Sequence record: NC_070936.1
Direction: 5' to 3' (one strand)
Length of the DNA: 64,000 nt
Each line of letters opens with the position of its first letter. Within the stretch, counting starts at the first letter, position 1. Under the pieces are notes generated by a model. That model made no database searches, was not told the DNA's origin, and worked only from the letters and a program-made list of their open reading frames with translations. Of the stretch, positions 50,679 through 60,917 are shown piece after piece. The position numbers and the translations under genes are program-made.

Positions 50679-53501
50679 GTGATATCAATGCCTGCATATC
50701 AACTCTGCTACTCCCAAGAAGATAATCCATTGGTTGATTACTCTATAAAGAACATGTGGGGTAATCCAGAGCTGGACTCTCAATACCAGATTAAACTGGC
50801 TAGAGTGTCCGGCCTCCAAGGTTTTGTTAATGACTTTGCTTACACCGGCAAGCGTCGGTATCTCCCCACAACTTTAGAATTCTATCATGTATTCACTTTA
50901 GGTGGACTTGATACTGGATTCTGGAACCTGGGGAGTCGTAATCAAAGTTGGTATCCGATGGATGCCTGGGTACGAGCATCTGAGTATTCCACGAAACGTG
51001 GTGTGACTTTAGATTTCTATAAAGCCGACGGGACAATGTTCCCACGCAACTTGGTGTACATCATGCCTTGCTTTGATGGCACTACTTTGGTTTGCTTCCC
51101 TAGAAACGATAACTTCCCGTTACCTCTAGATAAGAACATGTATATGCACTGTTATACCACAGACATTAATACATCTCTTATCAGTAATGAAAATCTACCT
51201 AAGTTCTCCTTTGGATACTCAGGCGGTATTTACATTCAACATGAGGATATGGAAACAGTACGTCTGAATTATAACACTTGGAAAGGTTATAACATGGGGA
51301 TGGTTTCTTTCTACCACAATGGTACTTTGAAGCCTATCGACTCAGTTACACTTAGACCAGGTGATTTAATTGAAGCGTGTTACGATCCTTCAATTGAAAT
51401 GATTCTGAAATACAAGTATAAAGGTATGCCTGACTATTTCTCTACGCTTGATAATAAGCGTAAGGTTATATTGTTCCCAGGCTTCAAAGACGTACCTCGC
51501 TTGTATCGTTATTATGACGACTGTCGTTTCTATGTTGTAAATAAACGTAATAACAATGGTTATTACTATAATCGTAATAGCGAAGATGCAGTAAGGCAGT
51601 TGACTCATCAAGACTATGGTTTAGCTGCGGCTTATGTAGAGTTTCTTGCTAACCGTTTAATTGCTGAGGATTCAACTAAAAAGACCACGATGAATGACAT
51701 CGAGATCATGGTCGCCTATCATGCCACTCGCTGGGAATTTAAATTAGGTCCAACGTCTAGCAGAATTAATGATCTTTATCTACTTGAAGATCCTGCTAAG
51801 ATTCTGGATGCGATGACTGGCTCTAACTCAAACGTTAAGGAATGGCAAGCAGCTACTCTGGAAGGTTCACCTACCAACAGAGTGTTGAACTCCATTGCTC
51901 CTAAACTGACTTCTGAGTTAGTACGTGAAGGTTTGGGTTATCATGGTTGTTCTGTAGCCATGTCTAACTCTCCTTTATATATGCCTGCCATTACTCCTGG
52001 TCAACCTGGGTTTAACGACATTTATCCGACCCCTCCATATACCTCTGGTCTGGGTTATGAAATCCCACCAACATTTGTACAGTCTTCCACGGCTTATGAA
52101 TATGATATTGATGGACTGCTGTTAAGAAAGCAATACGTCAAGAATCAAGAGTGGTACGCTCCTAATAAAGATACTGCTTATGTGGAATGGGTGTTGGGTA
52201 AAGCAACTACTTGGTTGGATTGGGAAGTAAGTCACGATGATATTAAAATTCGTTGTGGTTATGGTTTCAGGGTTTATAAAGCTCCATGGGCTATTGATCC
52301 AGATTGGGAACCTAAAGATCCAGTTCCAAATGAAATCAAGATCAGTAAAGATGGTACCAACCCGTATCCTCCAAACGGTGCTGAATTAAAAATTCTGAAG
52401 TATGGTGAGACCCCTACCGATCCAGACCCTTCACTTCCTGAAGGTGGTAAAGTTGCTGGGCCTTGGGTAGATATCACAGATACCGATGAATACCGTATTG
52501 AGAATGGTTATATCGTCTGGAACTTTGACACAGTTAACTATGTCGGGATGGTTGTGTTCGATACCGCTCATTTATACAATGAGTTTGAACTTACCCATAT
52601 CGATAATAGTTTAAGTTTCGGTATTACACATCAGTGGCCTATTGGTGGTCCTTTGGTAACTATCGAACCAGGTCAATTAGATATTTGGATGAACCGTCAC
52701 CCACTTATTGAGAACGTGGATTACATTGTGGATTTCCCAATGGTTCACATCATCAGTAAGATGTGGTTGGTAGATGGTCCTCAATTTATCCAGTATCGTG
52801 GAACAGGTCTCTCTAAAAACGGTTTAGTTCATACAAGTGAACTTGGGTTTGTTGCTGATGGTGTGATTGGTTATAATGGTCGTTACAATCTTCGTATTGA
52901 CCGTCCAACTAAAACCATTATCGGTGGTAGACTTTATCTAACTCCTACCGTTGACTGGGCTGAAGATATTCATCACGGTCACAACCTGAATAATCTCAAT
53001 GGTTGGCCTTATGAGGTTAAACATATTTATTCAGCGAACAAGTATGTGGATTGGTATAACACATACTGGGGTTATGATGCAGCGATTGAAGTAGATAAAC
53101 GTGTTTCTGATTATCTTACTGAATACGCAACCTACAAGTCTCCTTGGTCTCCTATCCTTCCTTATCTCGAAGAAGATAAGTATACCTTGTTTAGTCCATT
53201 CCTGAGTAAGATCGTGAATGAGCTAGCGTTAGGATTTATGGATGCACCTAAACCTTCCGGGCTTGAGATTCCATATCCAGACCAAACTGTGCTAGAGTTG
53301 ATTAAACCTTATGAGTGGATGTTGAAATATGATCCAATCATTCTGGGGTACGATCTTAGATACTTCACAGTTCATCCTTATAGTAACTTGAAGAAAGTCA
53401 CTATAACTCCCGATCAAATGACTTTTATAAGTGTCGTCAATAATTTGTTCCTGGAAGGGAAAGTAAAAATTGAAGGTCACTTTGAGGTGAAACATGTTTG
53501 A
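50679..53501 (+). CDS. virion structural/baseplate protein (phiKZ gp27-like)
   Basis: 940 aa; NMWGNPELDSQY; synteny between sheath and terminase. Confidence 0.7.
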   Translation: MISMPAYQLCYSQEDNPLVDYSIKNMWGNPELDSQYQIKLARVSGLQGFVNDFAYTGKRRYLPTTLEFYHVFTLGGLDTGFWNLGSRNQSWYPMDAWVRASEYSTKRGVTLDFYKADGTMFPRNLVYIMPCFDGTTLVCFPRNDNFPLPLDKNMYMHCYTTDINTSLISNENLPKFSFGYSGGIYIQHEDMETVRLNYNTWKGYNMGMVSFYHNGTLKPIDSVTLRPGDLIEACYDPSIEMILKYKYKGMPDYFSTLDNKRKVILFPGFKDVPRLYRYYDDCRFYVVNKRNNNGYYYNRNSEDAVRQLTHQDYGLAAAYVEFLANRLIAEDSTKKTTMNDIEIMVAYHATRWEFKLGPTSSRINDLYLLEDPAKILDAMTGSNSNVKEWQAATLEGSPTNRVLNSIAPKLTSELVREGLGYHGCSVAMSNSPLYMPAITPGQPGFNDIYPTPPYTSGLGYEIPPTFVQSSTAYEYDIDGLLLRKQYVKNQEWYAPNKDTAYVEWVLGKATTWLDWEVSHDDIKIRCGYGFRVYKAPWAIDPDWEPKDPVPNEIKISKDGTNPYPPNGAELKILKYGETPTDPDPSLPEGGKVAGPWVDITDTDEYRIENGYIVWNFDTVNYVGMVVFDTAHLYNEFELTHIDNSLSFGITHQWPIGGPLVTIEPGQLDIWMNRHPLIENVDYIVDFPMVHIISKMWLVDGPQFIQYRGTGLSKNGLVHTSELGFVADGVIGYNGRYNLRIDRPTKTIIGGRLYLTPTVDWAEDIHHGHNLNNLNGWPYEVKHIYSANKYVDWYNTYWGYDAAIEVDKRVSDYLTEYATYKSPWSPILPYLEEDKYTLFSPFLSKIVNELALGFMDAPKPSGLEIPYPDQTVLELIKPYEWMLKYDPIILGYDLRYFTVHPYSNLKKVTITPDQMTFISVVNNLFLEGKVKIEGHFEVKHV

Positions 53502-55236
53502 TAACAAGCCGCTACCACCCGGCCAAGGTCCCATCGCTCCTGGTAATGATCCTCAGATCAGGAACGAAGGTGATCTGAAAAGGGTTTGGTATTTGGATCA
53601 GATTTATAACCCTGATATCCACCCTGTTAAAGACATGATGAAATACGTAGTTCCTCTTGAAGGGGAACTTGTCCATGATACTGAAAACCATCGTATCTTG
53701 GAAGTTTCACATGTCGATCGTTATGCGACCTGGAAGACTACCTTTGTAAACTATTTCCTGCTCCCTGAGAAAGATGAATCCGATTATGATCTCTTCCCTC
53801 ATCACGAGTATGGATTCTTGCAAGGTGAGTTGGCGTTGGCTATTGATTATTCTGTACGTCCTCCTGTAGCACGTGTAGATAGTAATGCAGTAGCTCCTAA
53901 TGCAGCTTATGGACTTCTGTATCTGGGTAGCATCATTGGTGAGAAAGGTAAAATCATTTCTTCCACCTATTCTGGACAAGATTTCATCAGTAACAAAATC
54001 CCTGTCTCTCCTGTTGTTTATGACAACTTGGAAAATAAGGTAGTTGTTGGTGCCGATAGTTTCTCTGTTCAGTTGAATGAAGCAGCTCTCCCTAATGGTA
54101 CTCGTTGTACTCTGGTTTACTATGATACTGCCGGTCGTCCGATTCCACCAACCTACCCGGTAGTGGTTCAACACTGCGCGTATCTGAGAGATCACCAGTT
54201 GGATAAACGTTACGTTAAATCCATCGAACTGATTTCCCCATGGTTTACCAACAGCACCAAACCTAACACCATGTTCGTACCTGTTAACTTACCGCTTTCT
54301 GCAGTTGAGTTCAGAGCACGTGTACTTTATAGTAATGGTGATTCGGTAGAGATGCCGGTTAACTCCTTTAATGGCGATAATGGGTTTACTCTTATTGGTA
54401 CTGATCAGTATAAACCAACTACTCCGGGTCAAGTTTCTGATGCACTGGTTCTTACCTATGCATTTAAGGAACATGAACAAGCATTGATCGCTCAGCCGGG
54501 TTCTCCTAATCACATGTCAGTAAGTTATGAGATTGTAGCGACACCTAGTCAGGGTGCTTATAGTCCTCGTATCTATACTTACCCGTATTGGGATCCAGCT
54601 GTTGGTTATAAACTCCGTCACTTCCTGACTGACTTAGATCGCAAGTATTGCCGTGATGTTACTGATAAAGTAACTCTGAATGAAGGCTCTCCTGTATTCG
54701 AAGGTCAGAAGTATGGTGAAGAACAACCGATGATCTTTAACTTGAATATGCGGGATGTATCTCCGGCTTACGAGCCATGGGCTTTCATCCAGTATACAAC
54801 GATCACATTGTTCAACGCTTCAACAGCACCTGGTCGTAAATGGGATGTTCGCCATTCTTACAACAGACCTGCTTTCCACAACATGAATCTGGAATTCGTT
54901 CCTCAGACTGGTGGGAATAGTCTTGGTAAGTTTGCTGATATCACTACTGATGCTGATTTCTTGGATAAGGGTTATTGGGCATTTGAACCAATCTATGATC
55001 CGCGTCAAGAAGTTAAAGCACCAACACCAACTCACTTTGATTTGGTTAAGGTTGATGGAACTGCTATTACAGCTATCCCGATTGCTAGTTGGAAAAATCC
55101 TCCATTAGCAAGTCTTCCTATCAATGATGGTGAAACTCTTTATATACGTTGGGTGCGTCGTGACGCTACCGGTGCTGAACTCCAACTTGGTGTTTCTGCA
55201 ACCATGTGTAAGAAAGTAGCAGCATTGAGTAAATAA
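53494..55236 (+). CDS. virion structural/baseplate protein (phiKZ gp26-like)
   Basis: 580 aa; convergent with the terminase; synteny. Confidence 0.7.
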   Translation: MFDNKPLPPGQGPIAPGNDPQIRNEGDLKRVWYLDQIYNPDIHPVKDMMKYVVPLEGELVHDTENHRILEVSHVDRYATWKTTFVNYFLLPEKDESDYDLFPHHEYGFLQGELALAIDYSVRPPVARVDSNAVAPNAAYGLLYLGSIIGEKGKIISSTYSGQDFISNKIPVSPVVYDNLENKVVVGADSFSVQLNEAALPNGTRCTLVYYDTAGRPIPPTYPVVVQHCAYLRDHQLDKRYVKSIELISPWFTNSTKPNTMFVPVNLPLSAVEFRARVLYSNGDSVEMPVNSFNGDNGFTLIGTDQYKPTTPGQVSDALVLTYAFKEHEQALIAQPGSPNHMSVSYEIVATPSQGAYSPRIYTYPYWDPAVGYKLRHFLTDLDRKYCRDVTDKVTLNEGSPVFEGQKYGEEQPMIFNLNMRDVSPAYEPWAFIQYTTITLFNASTAPGRKWDVRHSYNRPAFHNMNLEFVPQTGGNSLGKFADITTDADFLDKGYWAFEPIYDPRQEVKAPTPTHFDLVKVDGTAITAIPIASWKNPPLASLPINDGETLYIRWVRRDATGAELQLGVSATMCKKVAALSK

Positions 55237-55243
55237 CATAAAC

Positions 55244-55275
55244 TAGCTATTCCACCCAACCGGGTGGAATAGCTA
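55244..55275. terminator. bidirectional terminator
   Basis: Perfect 14-bp stem TAGCTATTCCACCC/GGGTGGAATAGCTA between convergent genes, flanked by CATA...TATG. Confidence 0.8.
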
Positions 55276-55284
55276 TTATGCTGT

Positions 55285-58200
55285 TTAGTAATAACGACTA
55301 CGGTTACCAAAACGACTTGCTTTAGAACGTTGTTCGATTAAACGTTTACTACGTTCTTGTTTAGCATTCTCAATGATTTCGTCGATAGTAATTGTCTTAC
55401 GGAGTTCTTTAGGTATCAACTCAGACAACTTACGGATTTCCATCTCGATACGGATAGCTAACGTATTGTTATCTGAACCTAACAGTTCTTTAGTTAGCAA
55501 GTTAATTCTTTCTCGTATCTTGGTGAACAGATCCAGTTGTGCTTTGTTATACTGAGGAGCAGAACCTTGATCTCTTAAAGAAGTGATCTCGATCATTGTT
55601 GCACCTTGTGGAATGCCATAAAGGGTTTTGTTATAACCCAGTTTGATAAACCAGTATGTCAACAACCATGCAATTACCAAGTCATCATGACCTGAGGATT
55701 TGTGGTCAATACGACCATCCTTATCAACTTCAAGTCCAATCAGTTCATCGATCAAAAGTTTATATCTGATTACCGCACCTGTTAATGAGATTGCCTCATG
55801 AATGAACCCATACATTTGTCTACGAGTTTCTGGACCGGTGTGGAAACCAAATTTACCTTTGAATCTAAGATAGAATTCCTTAGTACGATGTTTGAAGTTC
55901 ATCTCCATTACATCTCGGTATTCATTCTTATACTTAACTGGATCTTGGAAGATATCATTAAAGATTCTAGTGAATGGATCGATACCATAAGCCGGCAGTG
56001 TGATCAATAAACGTTCGATCATCATCGCAGCACGGTTTCGCTCAATAACTAACATACTGTTAGGTATTCTTATCAGTAGTTCTTTAACAACGTCAGTAAC
56101 ATCATCAAGAAATGCCAGAGCATAACGACCAGTACCCACAACCTCACCTGACTTCATACGCCTGATAACTAATGTACAAGCATCTCGGTCGTTGGCATCT
56201 GAGGTATCCATTCCGTAGAGTAGGAATTCTGATTCATCATGTTTATAAGCTTCTACTATTTCTTCAGGAATAAACCAGTCTACAAATAAACCAGTATCCC
56301 CAATCTCTTCATTTCGACAATGTTCAACTTTACTTTCTGCTAACTTCTCACGAGTAAAGTCATCGAAGAGTTTGTTCATCCCTTCTTCAGTCCACATCAT
56401 CAACAAGTCGATCTTAGCTTTAGACCAAGAAAGACCAAGCTTATCCATTGTCTCCTTAACCCACGCATGACCAAAGCCAAGTTGCAGGTGAGTAAACATC
56501 ATACCCACTTTAGGATAAGTTGTTTTAACAGGAGAAGCTTTCATAATGCGTTTAACTAAATGAGTTTCAGAGAAGCTATCGAAGAAACTTTCACGCCACT
56601 CTGTAGAAGACATAAAGTCATCATGCATATAACGACCTTCCTCTTTAAGAACAGAGTTAGGTGTTGTGGCCTTTGCAGTAAAGTAAGGAATACCTTTTTC
56701 ACGTGCTTCTTTTTGTGCAGTCAGGGTCGCAGGACCCGAACCGTTGATAATGTTCTCGATGTATTTCGTCCATGCAGGTTCGTCATACAACAGAACTTCA
56801 AAGGTTGAACCACGAGATACGTTCTCTGCACCATCTGCACCACCTGAAGGCACACGTACTTCAAAGGTGTTCTTTTTATCTTCACCAAAGGCTTGATAAG
56901 TTAATGCGTTACCAGCATCCTTATCTTTATAAGTCATGTTGGTTAGATATTCAGGTAAGCCAGCACGTATCTTCTTAAGCGCTTCAACAAACTGCATACG
57001 GTTAGCTGCAGCCAGAGTGATAAGACCAGTGCGGAAACCACGACCTAACAGGTACTGCATAATAAATGCAAGTACCTGCATCCCGACTGTGTTGTGAGTA
57101 ACAACAAAGTTATCAGTCACGTACAGGTGGTCTTTGTGAGCAACCTCGATACACTGACATTCAACATCACGAACATGTTTAACATCATAGATTGCGAGTT
57201 TACTATTAAAGACTGCACCACGCAGGGCTTCCTCAGCACGCTTCAGTTTGCGATCAGTATGGAAGAGCAACCAAGGTTCACGATGACGGATGTTAACGCG
57301 GTAGGAAGCCCTACATTTCTTCTTAACACCATCTTTGATATATCCAGTGTCACGTTCTGTTATGGAGGCCAATCCACCCACTGAACGGATAAGGTATACC
57401 ATATCCTCAGCTAACTGCTTGGAACTGGTATCGAAGGTAACGTGTTTCTTCTCACTGATAGTTCCGTCGGTATCCATCAAACCTTTGATGAGTAACAAAC
57501 GTTGGGCGTGAGAACCTTCGAGGTATTCCTTAGGAATGAACTTCTCGTGAGAGAGTTTACCAAGGAGACCCATCTCTTCGAGCATCTTACCGATGTAGCG
57601 TTTAGACTGGTCGCCCTTGTCACGATACTCGTATTTATCCAGAGGGTTGGTGCGTATTACGTTATATTCCTTCCCACCCATACAGTCACTTAACTTGTGA
57701 CCTTTAGGGAGACGACGATTAACGTAGTCAACAATATCCTGATCGATATTGGTAAATCCAATCAGGTCTTTGGTGAAACAACCATCACCAATTAAAGCAC
57801 CAAGAACGTAAGGATCAATAACAAAGTCTTTGTGTTTAGTTTGCTCTGCATCTACCAGCGGAATGGATAAACGGTTCTTAGCTTTGGAGAGTTCTTTCTG
57901 ACGTTCGATAATCTCCAACGTAGTAAGAATACGCCATTTACCGGCATGGCCTTTACCAGCGTCCCAAACCTTCCACAGATGTTCATCACTTGCTTCACAA
58001 GTACGACCATCAGCAAAGGTAAATTTATATACTGGTTTAATGCCCTGAGGATAAACACCAACAACGTTGGTAACCGACCCGTCGTGAGCAAATACCTTAG
58101 AACCAACTTCCATCTCACCCATTAACTTCCAACCATCAGGAGTTCTGATCTTGGAATCTAATGGCTGGGCCTTCCCAGATTGTCGAGGCATCAGGATGGT

Positions 58201-58695
58201 TGTAGGGATATGGTTAACGCAAGACCAGATGAAAGATATTACCGCACGGTTACCACGGAATCTACGCCCACCGATTTTAATAACCTCGCGAAGAATGTAC
58301 CAGATGTTTTCGTTACATTCGTTCAAGATCATCATACGCTGTTCATCAGTCAGGTCTTCTGACCAAGGGTCGAGATCTTTAATGAGTGGGTTGTTAATTT
58401 GCAGAAGGAAGTAATAGTTCTTAATTCCCATCTGTCTGAATAGTTCTGCTGTACGTAAGAAACTCTTGTTAGTTGTTTCTGTATGAACACCAGCACCATA
58501 ACGAGAAAAGTCTTTTAGGAATCTAACAGTTTTAAGAGTCCAAAGAGAATCTTCATGATAGTGAGCCATGATACGTTCATCATGATCTTCTAATTTGTTA
58601 CGTTCGTTTTTGTCATCCATCAGGTATTCTGGTAAAGCACCAGCTTTTATTCCCTGATGAGCTAAGAGCTTCTTAGCAAGTTCTAAATGTTCCAT
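55285..58695 (-). CDS. terL: terminase large subunit containing an intein
   Basis: Walker A PRQSGK|T split by the intein, Walker B LLYDE, nuclease GMDTSD and HDDLVIAW. Confidence 0.92.
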   Translation of the reverse strand: MEHLELAKKLLAHQGIKAGALPEYLMDDKNERNKLEDHDERIMAHYHEDSLWTLKTVRFLKDFSRYGAGVHTETTNKSFLRTAELFRQMGIKNYYFLLQINNPLIKDLDPWSEDLTDEQRMMILNECNENIWYILREVIKIGGRRFRGNRAVISFIWSCVNHIPTTILMPRQSGKAQPLDSKIRTPDGWKLMGEMEVGSKVFAHDGSVTNVVGVYPQGIKPVYKFTFADGRTCEASDEHLWKVWDAGKGHAGKWRILTTLEIIERQKELSKAKNRLSIPLVDAEQTKHKDFVIDPYVLGALIGDGCFTKDLIGFTNIDQDIVDYVNRRLPKGHKLSDCMGGKEYNVIRTNPLDKYEYRDKGDQSKRYIGKMLEEMGLLGKLSHEKFIPKEYLEGSHAQRLLLIKGLMDTDGTISEKKHVTFDTSSKQLAEDMVYLIRSVGGLASITERDTGYIKDGVKKKCRASYRVNIRHREPWLLFHTDRKLKRAEEALRGAVFNSKLAIYDVKHVRDVECQCIEVAHKDHLYVTDNFVVTHNTVGMQVLAFIMQYLLGRGFRTGLITLAAANRMQFVEALKKIRAGLPEYLTNMTYKDKDAGNALTYQAFGEDKKNTFEVRVPSGGADGAENVSRGSTFEVLLYDEPAWTKYIENIINGSGPATLTAQKEAREKGIPYFTAKATTPNSVLKEEGRYMHDDFMSSTEWRESFFDSFSETHLVKRIMKASPVKTTYPKVGMMFTHLQLGFGHAWVKETMDKLGLSWSKAKIDLLMMWTEEGMNKLFDDFTREKLAESKVEHCRNEEIGDTGLFVDWFIPEEIVEAYKHDESEFLLYGMDTSDANDRDACTLVIRRMKSGEVVGTGRYALAFLDDVTDVVKELLIRIPNSMLVIERNRAAMMIERLLITLPAYGIDPFTRIFNDIFQDPVKYKNEYRDVMEMNFKHRTKEFYLRFKGKFGFHTGPETRRQMYGFIHEAISLTGAVIRYKLLIDELIGLEVDKDGRIDHKSSGHDDLVIAWLLTYWFIKLGYNKTLYGIPQGATMIEITSLRDQGSAPQYNKAQLDLFTKIRERINLLTKELLGSDNNTLAIRIEMEIRKLSELIPKELRKTITIDEIIENAKQERSKRLIEQRSKASRFGNRSRYY
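57091..58170 (-). mobile_element. intein with LAGLIDADG homing endonuclease, class 3 type (360 aa, residues 176-535)
   Basis: Starts AQPLD (Ala1); block B SDEHLW; LAGLIDADG blocks YVLGALIGDG and IKGLMDTDG; block F ECQCIEV; ends VVTHN followed by Thr+1. Confidence 0.92.
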
Positions 58696-58778
58696 TTGAT
58701 AAACTACCCCTTTAAATTGTAGAGGCCCGCATAGGCCCTTGCAGGCGCTTTAATTTACAAATGATAGTAAACAACAAA

Positions 58779-58815
58779 GACCCCTACCCACTCCGAATAG
58801 GAGCAGGTAGGAATC
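58779..58815. repeat. repeated intergenic hairpin, copy F
   Basis: gacccctacccactccgaataggagcaggtaggaatc, downstream of tmk. Confidence 0.7.
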
Positions 58816-58824
58816 TTTATAAGG

Positions 58825-59451
58825 TTATGCCAATTTAGCTTGTGCTTCTTTGATTAACCCAATAACTTCTTCAACAGGTGTAGCGGGTTTAATGGTAACG
58901 ACAACAATGCGTCGATCCCCACCAGAGATAAGCTCAATTGCATCGAGATATTTCTGACGTTGGGTTGCAAAGTTAGTCGGATTCTGAAGCCAGATTTCTT
59001 TATTGTCTAGAACACGTGAACCATTGTTACAACGTTCCATGTAGGTTTCATAGTCAAGATCAATAAAGACCAGGATATCTGGAATAGCAGAATAGCCATA
59101 ACTGTTGAGGATGGTTTCGTTCATTTTCAGAACGGTTGCTTGATCAGCTTCTTCCGAAGATTGGTATACCATTGAACTGACCACACAGCGATCAGAGATG
59201 ATATCCCGACCTCTCGAAAGATAAGGGTGCTTGACTTTCTGGTTTGCTTCAACACGCTGAGCAATCAAAGCCATGATCTCATAAACCTTAGGTGCGTGGT
59301 TCTGAGTGATCATTTCTTTAACTTGTTTGGAGTGAAGTGTTTCTGTGAACGGTTCTCCAACATGACGTGCTTTAAATGCATATGCGAGTTGTTTAGCGAG
59401 TGTAGATTTACCAGAGAGATCGAGGCCCTCTAAAGCTATATCAAAAGACAT
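58825..59451 (-). CDS. tmk: thymidylate kinase
   Basis: IALEGLDLSGKSTL P-loop, GEP, ISDR..SS.VYQ, PD..VFID. Confidence 0.9.
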   Translation of the reverse strand: MSFDIALEGLDLSGKSTLAKQLAYAFKARHVGEPFTETLHSKQVKEMITQNHAPKVYEIMALIAQRVEANQKVKHPYLSRGRDIISDRCVVSSMVYQSSEEADQATVLKMNETILNSYGYSAIPDILVFIDLDYETYMERCNNGSRVLDNKEIWLQNPTNFATQRQKYLDAIELISGGDRRIVVVTIKPATPVEEVIGLIKEAQAKLA

Positions 59452-60917
59452 TACCGGTATTGCTCCATAGTTAAAGTTCTTAGTACGATATACAACATCA
59501 AAGAGGTTCTGAGTGAAGTGATCTTGATATCAGTTTTGATACCTGTCATGGCTTTCACCAACTCATCACCATTTTTTCTCAGTTTAAATAACAGGGCATT
59601 CGTAGACTTACTTGAAGTATACGCACCACGAATCTTAAAGAACACATTCTTAAGATCATTATGGCGAATAGAGTTAGTCGCTAAATACTCAAATAAGTGA
59701 GTGGTGACATCGTCAACAAACTCACGATATTGTTCCCCTTTAGGATGAGAGTATTGAGATGGGAAATCACGAATGATCATTTCCAACTTATCTTCATCGG
59801 TGCGTGGGATTGCTTTAGCTGCATAAGTTGCAAGTTCCTGTTTAAAGAAACTGTTCTTATCCACCAACACAGTTCCGATATAGTTCTTATACCGGTTAAC
59901 TTGTTTCTGAACATCTTTAATGTTCAGTTCGCCATCTAGTACAGCAAGACCTGAGTCTGTTTCTACTAGATCAACTGAGTCTTTGATTTCGTACAGAACC
60001 TTAGTGTAGTCATTGATAACACCTTTAAGGCGTGATTCCATATCGTTGACCATATACACTATTTTCTTATCATTATCCATCTTAGCAAAGGCATCAAAGT
60101 GAATACCTGTACGAGGATCGATAACGAACTCACCACGAGCACGGAAGAGATCAGTCCATGAACCATAGCGCTTAATATCAAACTTCAAGGAGAGCTTGTT
60201 ATAGGCTGTTACAGCAACACTCGGTTTCACCAGATAACCGAAGTAGTGGTTCATGATCGATGTCATAATGCGGTAGTGGAACAACATTACTAAATTGATC
60301 AAAGTGTCTTCTTTCAGATTACGAGGTAAACTTGAATTATAGACACGGTTCATCAGATAAACAATAGACAGGTTAAAAGGTTCAGAAGAAACTTTAAAGT
60401 CTTTGTTAATCCATTTGGTTTTAATTAGTTCGTCACGTAACCTTACTTCATCAACATCGATGATATCACGGAAGAAGGTAACACGGTCTGACGTTTTGAA
60501 CAAGATACGGTGAGTGCCTAAATAAGGTGACCCAAAGAACTCTGTATGATCATTGTCTTTGGTAGCAAAACCATAAACAAATCTTTTCAGTGTTCTTGCC
60601 CAACGTTCATTAATAACCAGATCATCTACCAAGCCATCAAAGATATCTTTAACAGCATCATCACGATTATAGTTAAAGTTAGGTTGTAGTGCTTCAAATC
60701 CAGCCATGTATTCTGGATTATTCAGATAGGACTCAAGCCCACCAAACTGATTTAGAGCTACTTCAGGACCAAACAAGGTGAATGGTTGGTCTCGTTGTTC
60801 TAAACCCGCTAGTAGCTCTCTCAGCTCGTTATCTGATAGTGAATGTTCCATCATGTCTTCTTCTGACTGAGGAACGTAACTTTGCCTTACCGCATAGGCT
60901 GTATTAGAGAGATTCAT
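59451..60917 (-). CDS. conserved jumbo phage protein, probably a processed head protein
   Basis: 488 aa; acidic N-terminal region with GLE|S and GFE|A sites. Confidence 0.6.
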   Translation of the reverse strand: MNLSNTAYAVRQSYVPQSEEDMMEHSLSDNELRELLAGLEQRDQPFTLFGPEVALNQFGGLESYLNNPEYMAGFEALQPNFNYNRDDAVKDIFDGLVDDLVINERWARTLKRFVYGFATKDNDHTEFFGSPYLGTHRILFKTSDRVTFFRDIIDVDEVRLRDELIKTKWINKDFKVSSEPFNLSIVYLMNRVYNSSLPRNLKEDTLINLVMLFHYRIMTSIMNHYFGYLVKPSVAVTAYNKLSLKFDIKRYGSWTDLFRARGEFVIDPRTGIHFDAFAKMDNDKKIVYMVNDMESRLKGVINDYTKVLYEIKDSVDLVETDSGLAVLDGELNIKDVQKQVNRYKNYIGTVLVDKNSFFKQELATYAAKAIPRTDEDKLEMIIRDFPSQYSHPKGEQYREFVDDVTTHLFEYLATNSIRHNDLKNVFFKIRGAYTSSKSTNALLFKLRKNGDELVKAMTGIKTDIKITSLRTSLMLYIVLRTLTMEQYR

